This document shows positions 8,605 to 16,614 of a stretch of DNA of 32,000 bases, piece by piece. Source of the stretch: Crocosphaera subtropica ATCC 51142 (lineage in GTDB: Bacteria > Cyanobacteriota > Cyanobacteriia > Cyanobacteriales > Microcystaceae); the NCBI RefSeq assembly GCF_000017845.1, contig NC_010546.1, forward strand, positions 2,610,001 to 2,642,000. The letters run 5' to 3'. How positions within the stretch are numbered: the first letter of the stretch is position 1; each line of letters starts with the position of its first letter. The position numbers and the translations under genes are program-made. The notes below the pieces were generated by a model. The model was not told the origin of the DNA. It saw nothing but the letters and a program-made list of their open reading frames with translations, and made no database searches.

Positions 8605-9114
8605 ATGACACAAGAATTAATAGAATTAAGACAATATATTAATGAAGGGCGTTATGAACAAGCACTGGAAATCATTGATGATTTAGAAGAAATGAGCAAA
8701 AAAGCAATCTTAGAAAAAATCAAAACTTTTCTAATAAGATTGCTGATTCATTTAATTAAAAACCAAGTCGAGCAACGATTAACTAATTCTTGGGCTGTTT
8801 CTATTCGAGATTCTCTTTTAAAAATTCAATCTCTTAATCTTAAAGATAATAATAAATCTTACTATATCAAAGAAGAAGATTGGGACGACTATTTAGATGA
8901 AGGTTTAGAAGATGCCATTTTTGCTGCTAGTGTCGAAGTATTTGAAGGTCAATACAATCCTTTTCAACTTCAAGAACATCTTAATGCAGAACAGCTAAAA
9001 AAAATAGCTTATGAACTATTAAAGATGACTTATCGTTATTCTAAGAAAACAATTAGAGTAGAAATTAATCATAAATTATCTCAATTTCCAGGAGGAGAAG
9101 ATTGGATAAACTAA
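8605..9114 (+). CDS. DUF29-like protein (family common in cyanobacteria)
   Basis: 169 aa. The helical pattern ...LIRLLIHLIKNQVEQRLTNSWAVSIRDSLLKIQ... resembles the DUF29 core (hLhHLLKw....r..SW..tI..qR.ei). This is recognised from memory of the family profile and is not verified. Confidence 0.5.
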   Translation: MTQELIELRQYINEGRYEQALEIIDDLEEMSKKAILEKIKTFLIRLLIHLIKNQVEQRLTNSWAVSIRDSLLKIQSLNLKDNNKSYYIKEEDWDDYLDEGLEDAIFAASVEVFEGQYNPFQLQEHLNAEQLKKIAYELLKMTYRYSKKTIRVEINHKLSQFPGGEDWIN

Positions 9115-9118
9115 CTCA

Positions 9119-9271
9119 CTAATGGTTAGTTTTGACTTCCTTTTGTTCAATCATGTGACCCCTTCCTTCACAAAAAACACAAGTTTCTTCTCTTTGAACT
9201 TCTCCACTACAATCTCGGATCTCAATGTAGCCTTTTCCTTCACAATGATAACAGTTTGTTTGTTTTTTCAT
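9119..9271 (-). CDS. Small DnaJ-type zinc-finger protein (two CxxCxGxG motifs), 50 aa; absent from the supplied ORF track
   Basis: My own translation of the minus strand gives MKKQTNCYHCEGKGYIEIRDCSGEVQREETCVFCEGRGHMIEQKEVKTNH*. The ATG complement is at 9269-9271 and the TAG complement at 9119-9121. It has two exact CxxCxGxG units (CYHCEGKG, CVFCEGRG). It lies 85 nt downstream of the aldolase/SDR gene on the same strand. Confidence 0.6.
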   Translation of the reverse strand: MKKQTNCYHCEGKGYIEIRDCSGEVQREETCVFCEGRGHMIEQKEVKTNH

Positions 9272-9356
9272 GATATTCTAGATTAATAATTTTAATTGAA
9301 TATAATTCTAACTTTTGTTAACTATTCGCTACATCAAAGAAGATCACCTGTAACTG

Positions 9357-11330
9357 TTAAATAACCCTTTCATTTCCCCCATCCAAAGGAACTTGGGCTG
9401 CTGTCGTTTTCTCAAATAAGCGATCGCACATACTGGCAGCTAACTCAGCCACATCATGACTGGTGACTTCCACTTTTAAGACATTATTGGTCTTATATTC
9501 TTCTATGGTTAAACCGTAATTTTTTGCCCTGGTTTCTAACACTTCATCAGTCCAAATACCTGTATCAAATACCCCGTTAGGATGAATCGAATTAATACGA
9601 ATCTTATCCTTACCCCATTCCAACGCAGCTACACGGGTTAATTGATTTAAAGCCGCCTTAGAAGCCGAATAAGCAGCAGCCCCTGGCCCCGGCGCAGGCA
9701 CATTTTTTGAGCCGATAACCACTATTCTACCCCCTTTAGGAGCCATTTTTAAGAAAGGGTGAACCTCTCGCATGAAAACGAGATTAGCATCTAGGTTAAT
9801 ATTCATAATACGTCGCCATTGTTCCGTCGATAGAGCGGAAATAGGGCTACTAGCAGGGAAGATACCAGCATTGAGGATCACCATATCAACCCCTCCAAAC
9901 CGCCTTACAGCCATCTCTAAGGCTTGCTTAATAGCAGTTTCATCGGTGAGATCACAAACCAGTCCACAAAAGTCAGTTCCTTTGTGTAAATCTGTAATAG
10001 ACTCATTAATATCTAACCCTACCACTGCAGCCCCTCGTTTTAGAAGAGACGCTACACAAGCTTTCCCAATACCGGAAGCAGCCCCTGTTACTAAGGCAAC
10101 TTCTCCAGTAAATGGCGGAGTTTGCCCTCCTTTGGCTAGTTTTGCTTGTTCCAGTTCCCAGTATTCCACATCAAAAATGTCTTGAGACGGTAACGCTTGA
10201 TAACCCCCCAATAAAGTCCCCCGTTGGATAATATCGATGGTATGGTTATAAATATCAGCCACAATACCAGCAGCCTTGGCATTTTTCCCGATCGCACACA
10301 TTCCTAATTCTGGGTCTATAATTACCCTAGGGGCAGGATCAACCATCGTTTTGTTGTCCTTAGCCTGGGCTAAATTGGTTTTAAAGTAGGTTTCATAGAC
10401 TTTTACATATCCCTGTACATCTCTTCCCACTAACGGGGTTCTTTTCGTTCTAATAACGTGATCAGGAGTTGCCGGACCTTGTTGGGAAATAATATTAATA
10501 TCCTCTCGTTGGGCAAAACTAAGGGTTTTCTCTGTTTGTTGTAGGGAGAGAATGACAGGAAAACCAGCAGCAACAGAGACTTGATAACGCAGTTGGGCTA
10601 AGGTTTCCCCTAATAAGGTGTCAGGAGTATTGACGGCTTTTTGAGGAATATGCCAAGCTTGATGCTGTTTGAGATAGTCTTCTGCTTGGGTAACTAACTC
10701 AATCATCCGTTCATAAGATTCTTTGGCCGTATTCCCAAAGGAAAAAATACCATGATTCATCAACACCATGCCAATGGTATTATTCCCTTTTTGTTTCTCA
10801 AATTCTTGGACGCAAAGACGGGCTAGATCAAAACCTGGCATAATGTAGGGAATGATAACAATGCGATCGCCGTATATCTCTTTAATGCGTTGTCTTCTTT
10901 CTGCTGTATTGGTAATGGTAACAACCGCATCAGCGTGGGTATGATCTACATATTTGTAGGGTAAAATAGCATGGAGAATAGTTTCAACGGATGGAGAAGG
11001 CGCATTTGAGCGAATCATCTGAGTTTTTAACTCATTAACCATCTGGGAGTCTGATAAGCTCCTTAGTTGGGCTAATTTGAGCAAATGAGGTATTCTTACC
11101 CCAGAAAACCCTCCTTCTTCGATAGTGGCTAAGTCCCAACCACTGCCCTTTACATAAAGTATCTCTTCGGTTTCACCAACAATATTATCTTGACGTATTT
11201 TGACCGATGTATTGCCACCGCCATGCAATACTAAAGACGGGTTTTGGCCCAATAATCTCGAAGTATAAACTCTCAGGGCTAAATCTGTTTTATATTTAGC
11301 TGCGTCTTGGTCATTCCATAAACTTTTCAT
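9357..11330 (-). CDS. Bifunctional class II aldolase/adducin-domain protein fused to a short-chain dehydrogenase (rhamnulose-1-phosphate aldolase/alcohol dehydrogenase-like, YuxG type)
   Basis: 657 aa. The N-terminal aldolase-II region has VDHTHADAVVTITN. The C-terminal SDR has LVTGAASGIGKA (TGxxxGxG), ILNAGIF (NAG) and YSASKAAL (YxxxK). Confidence 0.85.
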   Translation of the reverse strand: MKSLWNDQDAAKYKTDLALRVYTSRLLGQNPSLVLHGGGNTSVKIRQDNIVGETEEILYVKGSGWDLATIEEGGFSGVRIPHLLKLAQLRSLSDSQMVNELKTQMIRSNAPSPSVETILHAILPYKYVDHTHADAVVTITNTAERRQRIKEIYGDRIVIIPYIMPGFDLARLCVQEFEKQKGNNTIGMVLMNHGIFSFGNTAKESYERMIELVTQAEDYLKQHQAWHIPQKAVNTPDTLLGETLAQLRYQVSVAAGFPVILSLQQTEKTLSFAQREDINIISQQGPATPDHVIRTKRTPLVGRDVQGYVKVYETYFKTNLAQAKDNKTMVDPAPRVIIDPELGMCAIGKNAKAAGIVADIYNHTIDIIQRGTLLGGYQALPSQDIFDVEYWELEQAKLAKGGQTPPFTGEVALVTGAASGIGKACVASLLKRGAAVVGLDINESITDLHKGTDFCGLVCDLTDETAIKQALEMAVRRFGGVDMVILNAGIFPASSPISALSTEQWRRIMNINLDANLVFMREVHPFLKMAPKGGRIVVIGSKNVPAPGPGAAAYSASKAALNQLTRVAALEWGKDKIRINSIHPNGVFDTGIWTDEVLETRAKNYGLTIEEYKTNNVLKVEVTSHDVAELAASMCDRLFEKTTAAQVPLDGGNERVI

Positions 11331-11384
11331 CAGCAGATTGGTTGAGCATCAAACATCTATCTTAACTGTATAACAGTCTGATGC

Positions 11385-11424
11385 GAAAAAACACCCAGGA
11401 TAACAATATTTGTTAATTATCCTG
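11385..11424 (-). terminator. Rho-independent terminator candidate on the minus strand, downstream of the small ORF at 11464-11631
   Basis: The stem is caggataa (11396-11403) / ttatcctg (11417-11424) with a 13-nt loop. Read on the minus strand it is followed by ggtgTTTTTTcg, the complement of aaaaaa at 11385-11390. Confidence 0.45.
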
Positions 11425-11463
11425 AGTTGACGATACTGCTCAAACTTTTGGAAATAATTGAGA

Positions 11464-11631
11464 TTAAATTTTTGTTGATTCTTTTTCTAAAAGATGCTCA
11501 TCATTCATAGCGTCCTGCCATTCCAACATGGGGTCAACTGTTACATTTTTGTCTTTTTCTAACAATTGACTGACAAAGTTTTCATAACCTTCTAAGGTAT
11601 TCAACATAGATGGGGTTTCGCTTCTATACAT
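11464..11631 (-). CDS. Small hypothetical protein, 55 aa; absent from the supplied ORF track
   Basis: My own translation gives MYRSETPSMLNTLEGYENFVSQLLEKDKNVTVDPMLEWQDAMNDEHLLEKESTKI*. It is preceded by GAGGTAAAA before the ATG (SD-like) and followed by the terminator candidate at 11385-11424. I recognise no family. Confidence 0.35.
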   Translation of the reverse strand: MYRSETPSMLNTLEGYENFVSQLLEKDKNVTVDPMLEWQDAMNDEHLLEKESTKI

Positions 11632-11973
11632 TTTTACCTCTTATACTTTTTAGACAAATTAGCAAGTAAAGAAATTATTTCAGTGCCAACTATTTAATTA
11701 ATTTCGATACAAACTAAATCAAATGGGATTAGGTTAAAACAACAGCTTAGTCTCAATCTTAATGTTGATGTTTAGAGATGTAAACTCGAAAACTTACCTA
11801 TTTTTATCCGTATGTCTATGACAGAAAAAATACTGATCAACGTGAGTTAGGCGTTAGGGATTATTATTTTTTTACGAGATAATGGAATACTTTATTGTAA
11901 ATAGAGTAAAAACTGCTATATTAATCACTAATTTAGCGAAAGCAATTGTTTAAGATTTAATTAAAACAAGATT

Positions 11974-12723
11974 ATGATTTTTCTTAATAACCTTAGTGTC
12001 ACCTATAAAGATGGAACCGTGGCCTTAGAAAATATTTCTCTTGAATTGATTCCAGGAGAATTTACGGTACTTTTAGGGGCTTCTGGTGCAGGAAAATCAA
12101 CCCTTTTACGTTGTATCAATTTTCTAACAGTTCCTACTAAGGGTGAAGTTATTGTGGAGGGGTTAGGAACCCTAAATAACCCGAAAATCTTAAGAAAACA
12201 TCGCCAAAAAACGGGCATGATTTTTCAACAACATCAATTAATTCCTCGACAAACTGCCCTTAAAAATGTTTTAGTTGGTCGTTTAGCCTATCACTCTACC
12301 TTAAGAAGTTTTTTCCCTTTGCCTAAAATTGATCAAATGATTGCTTTAGATTGTTTGGACAGAGTTGGCCTATTAAATAAAGCTTTAACTCCTGTTAAAC
12401 AACTAAGTGGAGGACAACAACAACGGGTAGGAATAGCCAGAGCTTTAGCTCAAAAACCCAGATTTCTCTTAGCAGATGAACCTGTTGCTAGTTTAGATCC
12501 TGGTAGTTCTCATAAGATATTAACTAATCTCAAAAAAATTTGTCAAGAAGATGGTATTGGGGCAGTGGTTAGTTTACATCAAATAGATTTCGCTTTAGAC
12601 TATGGCGATCGCATTATTGGCCTTGCAGATGGAAACATCCTTTTTGATAGTCACCCGTCAGAAATACAATCATACCAGTTAGAAAAAATTTATCACAATT
12701 CTTCTTTGATTAAGGCAGGTTAA
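11974..12723 (+). CDS. ptxA: Phosphite/phosphonate ABC transporter ATP-binding protein
   Basis: 249 aa. Walker A GASGAGKST, ABC signature LSGGQQQRV, Walker B FLLADEP. PhnC-like and first gene of a cluster that ends with phosphite dehydrogenase. Confidence 0.85.
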   Translation: MIFLNNLSVTYKDGTVALENISLELIPGEFTVLLGASGAGKSTLLRCINFLTVPTKGEVIVEGLGTLNNPKILRKHRQKTGMIFQQHQLIPRQTALKNVLVGRLAYHSTLRSFFPLPKIDQMIALDCLDRVGLLNKALTPVKQLSGGQQQRVGIARALAQKPRFLLADEPVASLDPGSSHKILTNLKKICQEDGIGAVVSLHQIDFALDYGDRIIGLADGNILFDSHPSEIQSYQLEKIYHNSSLIKAG

Positions 12724-12819
12724 TTGTTATCTAAATCACACTTAAAAAATCATTAAAATCTTGCTTTTTTCAAGAAAATCATTATAATCAACAGTAAAAT
12801 TATTTGACTCAAAATTGGT

Positions 12820-13740
12820 ATGATCAGTTTCATCTTTAAAAAATCCTTAACCCCTGTTGTTTCTTTTACCCTATTAACTCTAATTGGTTGTAGTACACCG
12901 AATAGTCAAACATCCAATAATAACCCTGAAAATAGCAAAGCAGACACAAAAGCTAACCCTAAAAAATTAGTAGTTGCTTTGTTACCCGATGAATCAGTAT
13001 CTACCGTAATTCAAAATAATAAGGGGTTAGAAAGCTACTTAGAAGACCGACTGAATAAAGATGTTGAATTGTTTGTCAGTACCGATTATTCTTCTATGAT
13101 CGAAGCAGCGAGTAATGGAAGATTAGACTTAGCCTATTTTGGTCCTTTGTCGTATGTTTTGGCCAAAACTAAAAGTAATATCGAAGCCTTTGCAGCGTTA
13201 GAAAAAGATGGAGAAGCCACCTATAAATCTGTCATTATTGGTAATGCAGAAGCAGGAATTGATTCCTATGACAAAATCGAAGGAAAAACTATGGCTTATG
13301 GAGATCAAGCCTCGACCTCTAGTCATTTAATTCCTAAGTCAATGTTAATGGAAAAAGGCTTAAAAGCAGAAGAAAATTATCAAGAAGTATTTGTCGGTTC
13401 TCATGATGCTGTAGCTGTAGCTGTTGCCAATGGAAAAGCCCAAGCAGGGGGCTTAAGTAAACCCATTTATACCGCTTTAATTAATAAGGGAACCATTGAT
13501 GAAAATAAAGTCATTTTAATAGAAGAATCTAAACCATTTCCCCAATATCCTTGGACGATGCGATCTGACTTAGAACCTCAATTAAAACAGCAAATTAAGC
13601 AAGCTTTTCTAGAACTAGAAGATAAGGCAGTTTTAGAACCATTTAAAGCAGAAGGGTTTCAATCAGTAGAAGACAAGGATTATAATGTTGTCCGAGACTT
13701 AGGAAAAATCCTCAATCTTGATTTTGCTAAACTTAATTAA
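12820..13740 (+). CDS. ptxB: Phosphite/phosphonate ABC transporter periplasmic substrate-binding lipoprotein
   Basis: 306 aa. It has a lipoprotein signal with the lipobox LTLIGC. The PhnD-family core includes LDLAYFGPLSYV and GSHDAVAVAVANGKAQAG. Phosphite specificity is inferred from linkage to ptxD. Confidence 0.8.
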   Translation: MISFIFKKSLTPVVSFTLLTLIGCSTPNSQTSNNNPENSKADTKANPKKLVVALLPDESVSTVIQNNKGLESYLEDRLNKDVELFVSTDYSSMIEAASNGRLDLAYFGPLSYVLAKTKSNIEAFAALEKDGEATYKSVIIGNAEAGIDSYDKIEGKTMAYGDQASTSSHLIPKSMLMEKGLKAEENYQEVFVGSHDAVAVAVANGKAQAGGLSKPIYTALINKGTIDENKVILIEESKPFPQYPWTMRSDLEPQLKQQIKQAFLELEDKAVLEPFKAEGFQSVEDKDYNVVRDLGKILNLDFAKLN

Positions 13741-13777
13741 TCTGAGGGTTTAGCTACTGTAAAGATCAATTATTCAT

Positions 13778-13879
13778 TTAGGGATAACCATCTTAAACTC
13801 TCAAGTGAGATTTTTTCTTTTACTAAACAAAGAATCAAATCAAAGTAAACATAAAGTTATAAGGTTATCCCTAATTTTT
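13778..13879 (+). promoter_or_regulatory. Long-range inverted repeat plus T run between ptxB and ptxC; possible attenuating terminator or mRNA-stabilising hairpin
   Basis: ttagggataacc (13778-13789) is a perfect complement of ggttatccctaa (13863-13874), 12 bp, with a 73-nt AT-rich interior. It is followed immediately by ttttt, and it ends about 20 nt before the ptxC ATG. Confidence 0.4.
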
Positions 13880-13899
13880 GGTAATCAAATATTGGAAAA

Positions 13900-14706
13900 A
13901 TGACAATCAATCAAGATAAATATTCTAATCTGTTGCGCCAATACAAGATTCTTTGGTATCGTTCACTAATAAACATCATTATTTTGCTAATAATAATTAT
14001 TATTAGTTTTGCTGTAGTTGGTTTATTAGATGGAAAACGCTTATCTGAAGGAATTCCTGACCTATTAGAAATGGTAGCACAAATGCTGCCTCCCGATTTT
14101 ACTCGTGCTTCTGATTGGATTAAACCACTAATTGATACCTTAGGAATGAGTATTGCAGGAACAGGAATGGCTGTTATTTTTTCTCTGCCTATTACTTTCG
14201 GGGCAGCACAAAATACCAGTCCCCATCCTTTCGTTTATTTTGTATCAAGAATTATTTTAAATATAGCAAGAGCTATTCCTGAATTACTTCTAGGAATTAT
14301 CTTTGTTGCCGCTGTTGGGTTTGGCGCACTTCCTGGGGTATTAGCATTGGGATTTCATTCTATTGGTATGGTAGGTAAATTTTTTGCTGAGTCCATAGAA
14401 CATACAGACAACGCACCTATTGAAGCAGCAAAAGCAGTCGGAGCAAATCATTTACAAATCATTTATCATAGTATTTTACCCCAAGTTTTACCACAAATCG
14501 CCGATGTTACATTTTATCGTTGGGAGTACAATTTTAGAGCTTCTCTAGTATTAGGCGCAGTGGGAGCCGGTGGCATTGGATTTGAAATTATTGGGGCATT
14601 ACGTTTACTCAAATATCAGGAAGTTTCTGCCCTTTTGTTAGTTGTTTTAGTTATGGTAACATTAGTAGATAGTTTAGGTAACTTTTTAAGAAAAAAATTC
14701 ATTTAA
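13900..14706 (+). CDS. ptxC: Phosphite/phosphonate ABC transporter permease
   Basis: 268 aa, multi-TM and PhnE-like, with the EAA loop IEAAKAVGANHLQIIYHSILPQ. Confidence 0.85.
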   Translation: MTINQDKYSNLLRQYKILWYRSLINIIILLIIIIISFAVVGLLDGKRLSEGIPDLLEMVAQMLPPDFTRASDWIKPLIDTLGMSIAGTGMAVIFSLPITFGAAQNTSPHPFVYFVSRIILNIARAIPELLLGIIFVAAVGFGALPGVLALGFHSIGMVGKFFAESIEHTDNAPIEAAKAVGANHLQIIYHSILPQVLPQIADVTFYRWEYNFRASLVLGAVGAGGIGFEIIGALRLLKYQEVSALLLVVLVMVTLVDSLGNFLRKKFI

Positions 14707-14717
14707 AATAATCGACT

Positions 14718-15716
14718 ATGAATCAAAAACCTAAAGTTGTGATTACCCATTGGGTTCATCCAGAAATCATTGACTATTTAACTCCACATTGTGAGCTTAT
14801 TCTTAATCAAACAAAAGAAACCTTAACCCGTGAAGAAGTTATTAATAGAAGCAAAGATGCTCAAGGTTTAATGGTTTTTATGCCAGATTATATTGATGTA
14901 AATTTTTTAGAAGCCTGTCCTCAATTAAAAGTAATTTCAGGAGCCTTAAGAGGCTATGATAATTTTGATGTAGAAGCTTGCACAAAGCGAAATATTTGGT
15001 TTACTATTGTTCCTGATTTATTAGCTGCACCTACAGCAGAATTAACCATAGGATTACTACTAATATTAGCCCGTAGAATGGTAGAAGGCGATCGCCTAAT
15101 TCGTTCGGGTAATTTTCAGGGTTGGAAACCTCAATTATACAGTACAGGATTATTAAATAAGACCCTCGGAATTATTGGTATGGGCAAGTTAGGAAAAGCC
15201 TTGACAAAACGGTTAATGGGCTTTGATATGACCCTGTTATATCATGATAAAATTACTCTAACAAGCCAACAAGAAAGAGATTGGAAAATTACCAAAACCT
15301 CTCTAGAAGAATTATTAACAAAAAGTGATTATGTTGTGTTAATGGTTCCCTTAGTTCCTGATACCTATCATTTAATTAATGAGAATAGTTTAAAAATGAT
15401 GAAACCTAATAGTTTTTTAATTAATCCTTGTCGGGGTTCCATAGTAGATGAAACCGCCGTAGCTACTGCCATTAAATCAGGACATTTAGCCGGGTATGCT
15501 GCTGATGTTTTTGAAATGGAAGATTGGGCGATCGCCAACCGTCCTCAAAGCATTAATCAAACCTTATTAACTGATATAAACCATACTTTTTTTACACCCC
15601 ATTTAGGCTCAGCCGTTAATGAGGTTCGTCGTGATATTGCCCTAGAAGCAGCCAAAAATATTATCGAAGTTCTCTCAGAAAACAGACCACAAGGTGCTGT
15701 AAATGGTATCGTATAG
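14718..15716 (+). CDS. ptxD: Phosphite dehydrogenase (NAD(P)-dependent, D-2-hydroxyacid dehydrogenase superfamily)
   Basis: 332 aa. From memory it is collinear along its length with Pseudomonas stutzeri PtxD: [81 protein letters not shown]...[16 protein letters not shown]-binding [11 protein letters not shown]. It starts 11 nt after ptxC. Confidence 0.9.
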   Translation: MNQKPKVVITHWVHPEIIDYLTPHCELILNQTKETLTREEVINRSKDAQGLMVFMPDYIDVNFLEACPQLKVISGALRGYDNFDVEACTKRNIWFTIVPDLLAAPTAELTIGLLLILARRMVEGDRLIRSGNFQGWKPQLYSTGLLNKTLGIIGMGKLGKALTKRLMGFDMTLLYHDKITLTSQQERDWKITKTSLEELLTKSDYVVLMVPLVPDTYHLINENSLKMMKPNSFLINPCRGSIVDETAVATAIKSGHLAGYAADVFEMEDWAIANRPQSINQTLLTDINHTFFTPHLGSAVNEVRRDIALEAAKNIIEVLSENRPQGAVNGIV

Positions 15717-15795
15717 AAAAAACTTGATTTTTAATAAGTATTTAGATTATAATCTCTAAACCAAAATTTACTTATCCTTTTTAACCCTTACTAAG

Positions 15796-16161
15796 ATGAT
15801 GTCAAAATCATGGAAAAATATATTAATAATTAGTTCAATTGTATTGGCTGACGTTATCTTACTATCGACTAACCTAACCCTAGCTCAATATTCCTCCCGT
15901 TCTCAGTCTTATTGCGAAAGCTACGCCAGAGACTTTGCCGATCGCTACGCCCAAAGTGGATTTTTCCGAGGAGGAGCAAGAGGGGCAGCCAGTGGAGCAG
16001 CCATAGGAGCTATTATTGATGGGGGAAGAGGAGCCGGTACAGGGGCAGCCATTGGCTCTGTAGTAGGTATTATAGGTGGTAGTGCGCGTCGTGCCTCGGA
16101 TCATGATAGCCTATATCAACAAGCATTTAACGATTGCATGCGAGGCGCACCTTTAAGATAA
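15796..16161 (+). CDS. Small exported/membrane glycine-zipper protein
   Basis: 121 aa with an N-terminal hydrophobic signal/anchor (ILIISSIVLADVILL). The glycine-zipper tract is GGARGAASGAAIGAIIDGGRGAGTGAAIGSVVGIIGG. Confidence 0.55.
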   Translation: MMSKSWKNILIISSIVLADVILLSTNLTLAQYSSRSQSYCESYARDFADRYAQSGFFRGGARGAASGAAIGAIIDGGRGAGTGAAIGSVVGIIGGSARRASDHDSLYQQAFNDCMRGAPLR

Positions 16162-16195
16162 CCATGAATTTTTAATTAACAGTTGAGAAATAACC

Positions 16196-16516
16196 ATGAC
16201 ATCAATGAATAAACTATTAGCTACATTCTTATTAACAATCATCATAAGTCCAGCCTTAACCTTATCAAGTTTGGCTCAGGATACATCAGAAGACACTAAG
16301 GTAGAATTAAATCAAATTAGTTGTCGAGAACTCTTAAAAATGCCAGGAAAAGATAAAGAATTAACCTTCATATTTTTTCATGGATTCATGACTGCTAAGA
16401 AGAATCAAATGGTAATTGATCGCATCGCTTTACGAGAAGCCACTGATAAAATTACTGATTATTGTATTAATAATCCTGACTCCATGTTAATGACAGCTTT
16501 TGAAGAATACCGTTAA
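16196..16516 (+). CDS. Small periplasmic protein, HdeA/HdeB-like
   Basis: 106 aa with a signal peptide (LLATFLLTIIISPALTLSSLA-QD). Two Cys are 47 residues apart (ISCRELL ... DYCINNP), which resembles the HdeA disulfide spacing and the CxEFL context. The similarity is judged by eye only. Confidence 0.4.
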   Translation: MTSMNKLLATFLLTIIISPALTLSSLAQDTSEDTKVELNQISCRELLKMPGKDKELTFIFFHGFMTAKKNQMVIDRIALREATDKITDYCINNPDSMLMTAFEEYR

Positions 16517-16614
16517 TCCGAGAAAATATCTAGAAGTTATATGTTACTGTGAATATTGAATGTGAATAATAATTTTTTTATAATTACATCGATAAAATAT
16601 TCATGTAAATAACG

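Noticed and set aside
9772-10185. 137-aa ORF antisense to the SDR domain
   Set aside because: It overlaps the conserved TGxxxGxG/YxxxK-coding region of the aldolase/SDR gene on the other strand. Its composition is typical of a GC-skewed antisense frame.
11641-11973. Possible Pho boxes (tandem PyTTAAPyPy(T/A) repeats) upstream of ptxA
   Set aside because: TTAA/TTAG-containing octamers occur at about 11734, 11747, 11759 and 11772, but their spacing is 12-13 bp rather than the 11 bp expected for SphR/PhoB boxes. The TTTAAGAT/TTAATTAA pair at 11949-11964 is too close to the ATG. AT-rich DNA yields such motifs by chance, so I do not annotate any.
12003-12218. Antisense ORF in ptxA. The same reasoning applies to 15880-16104, 16584-16823, 20277-20582, 22276-22488 and 23325-23600.
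   Set aside because: All of them overlap stronger CDSs with recognisable motifs on the opposite strand or in another frame, and none has a recognisable motif of its own.
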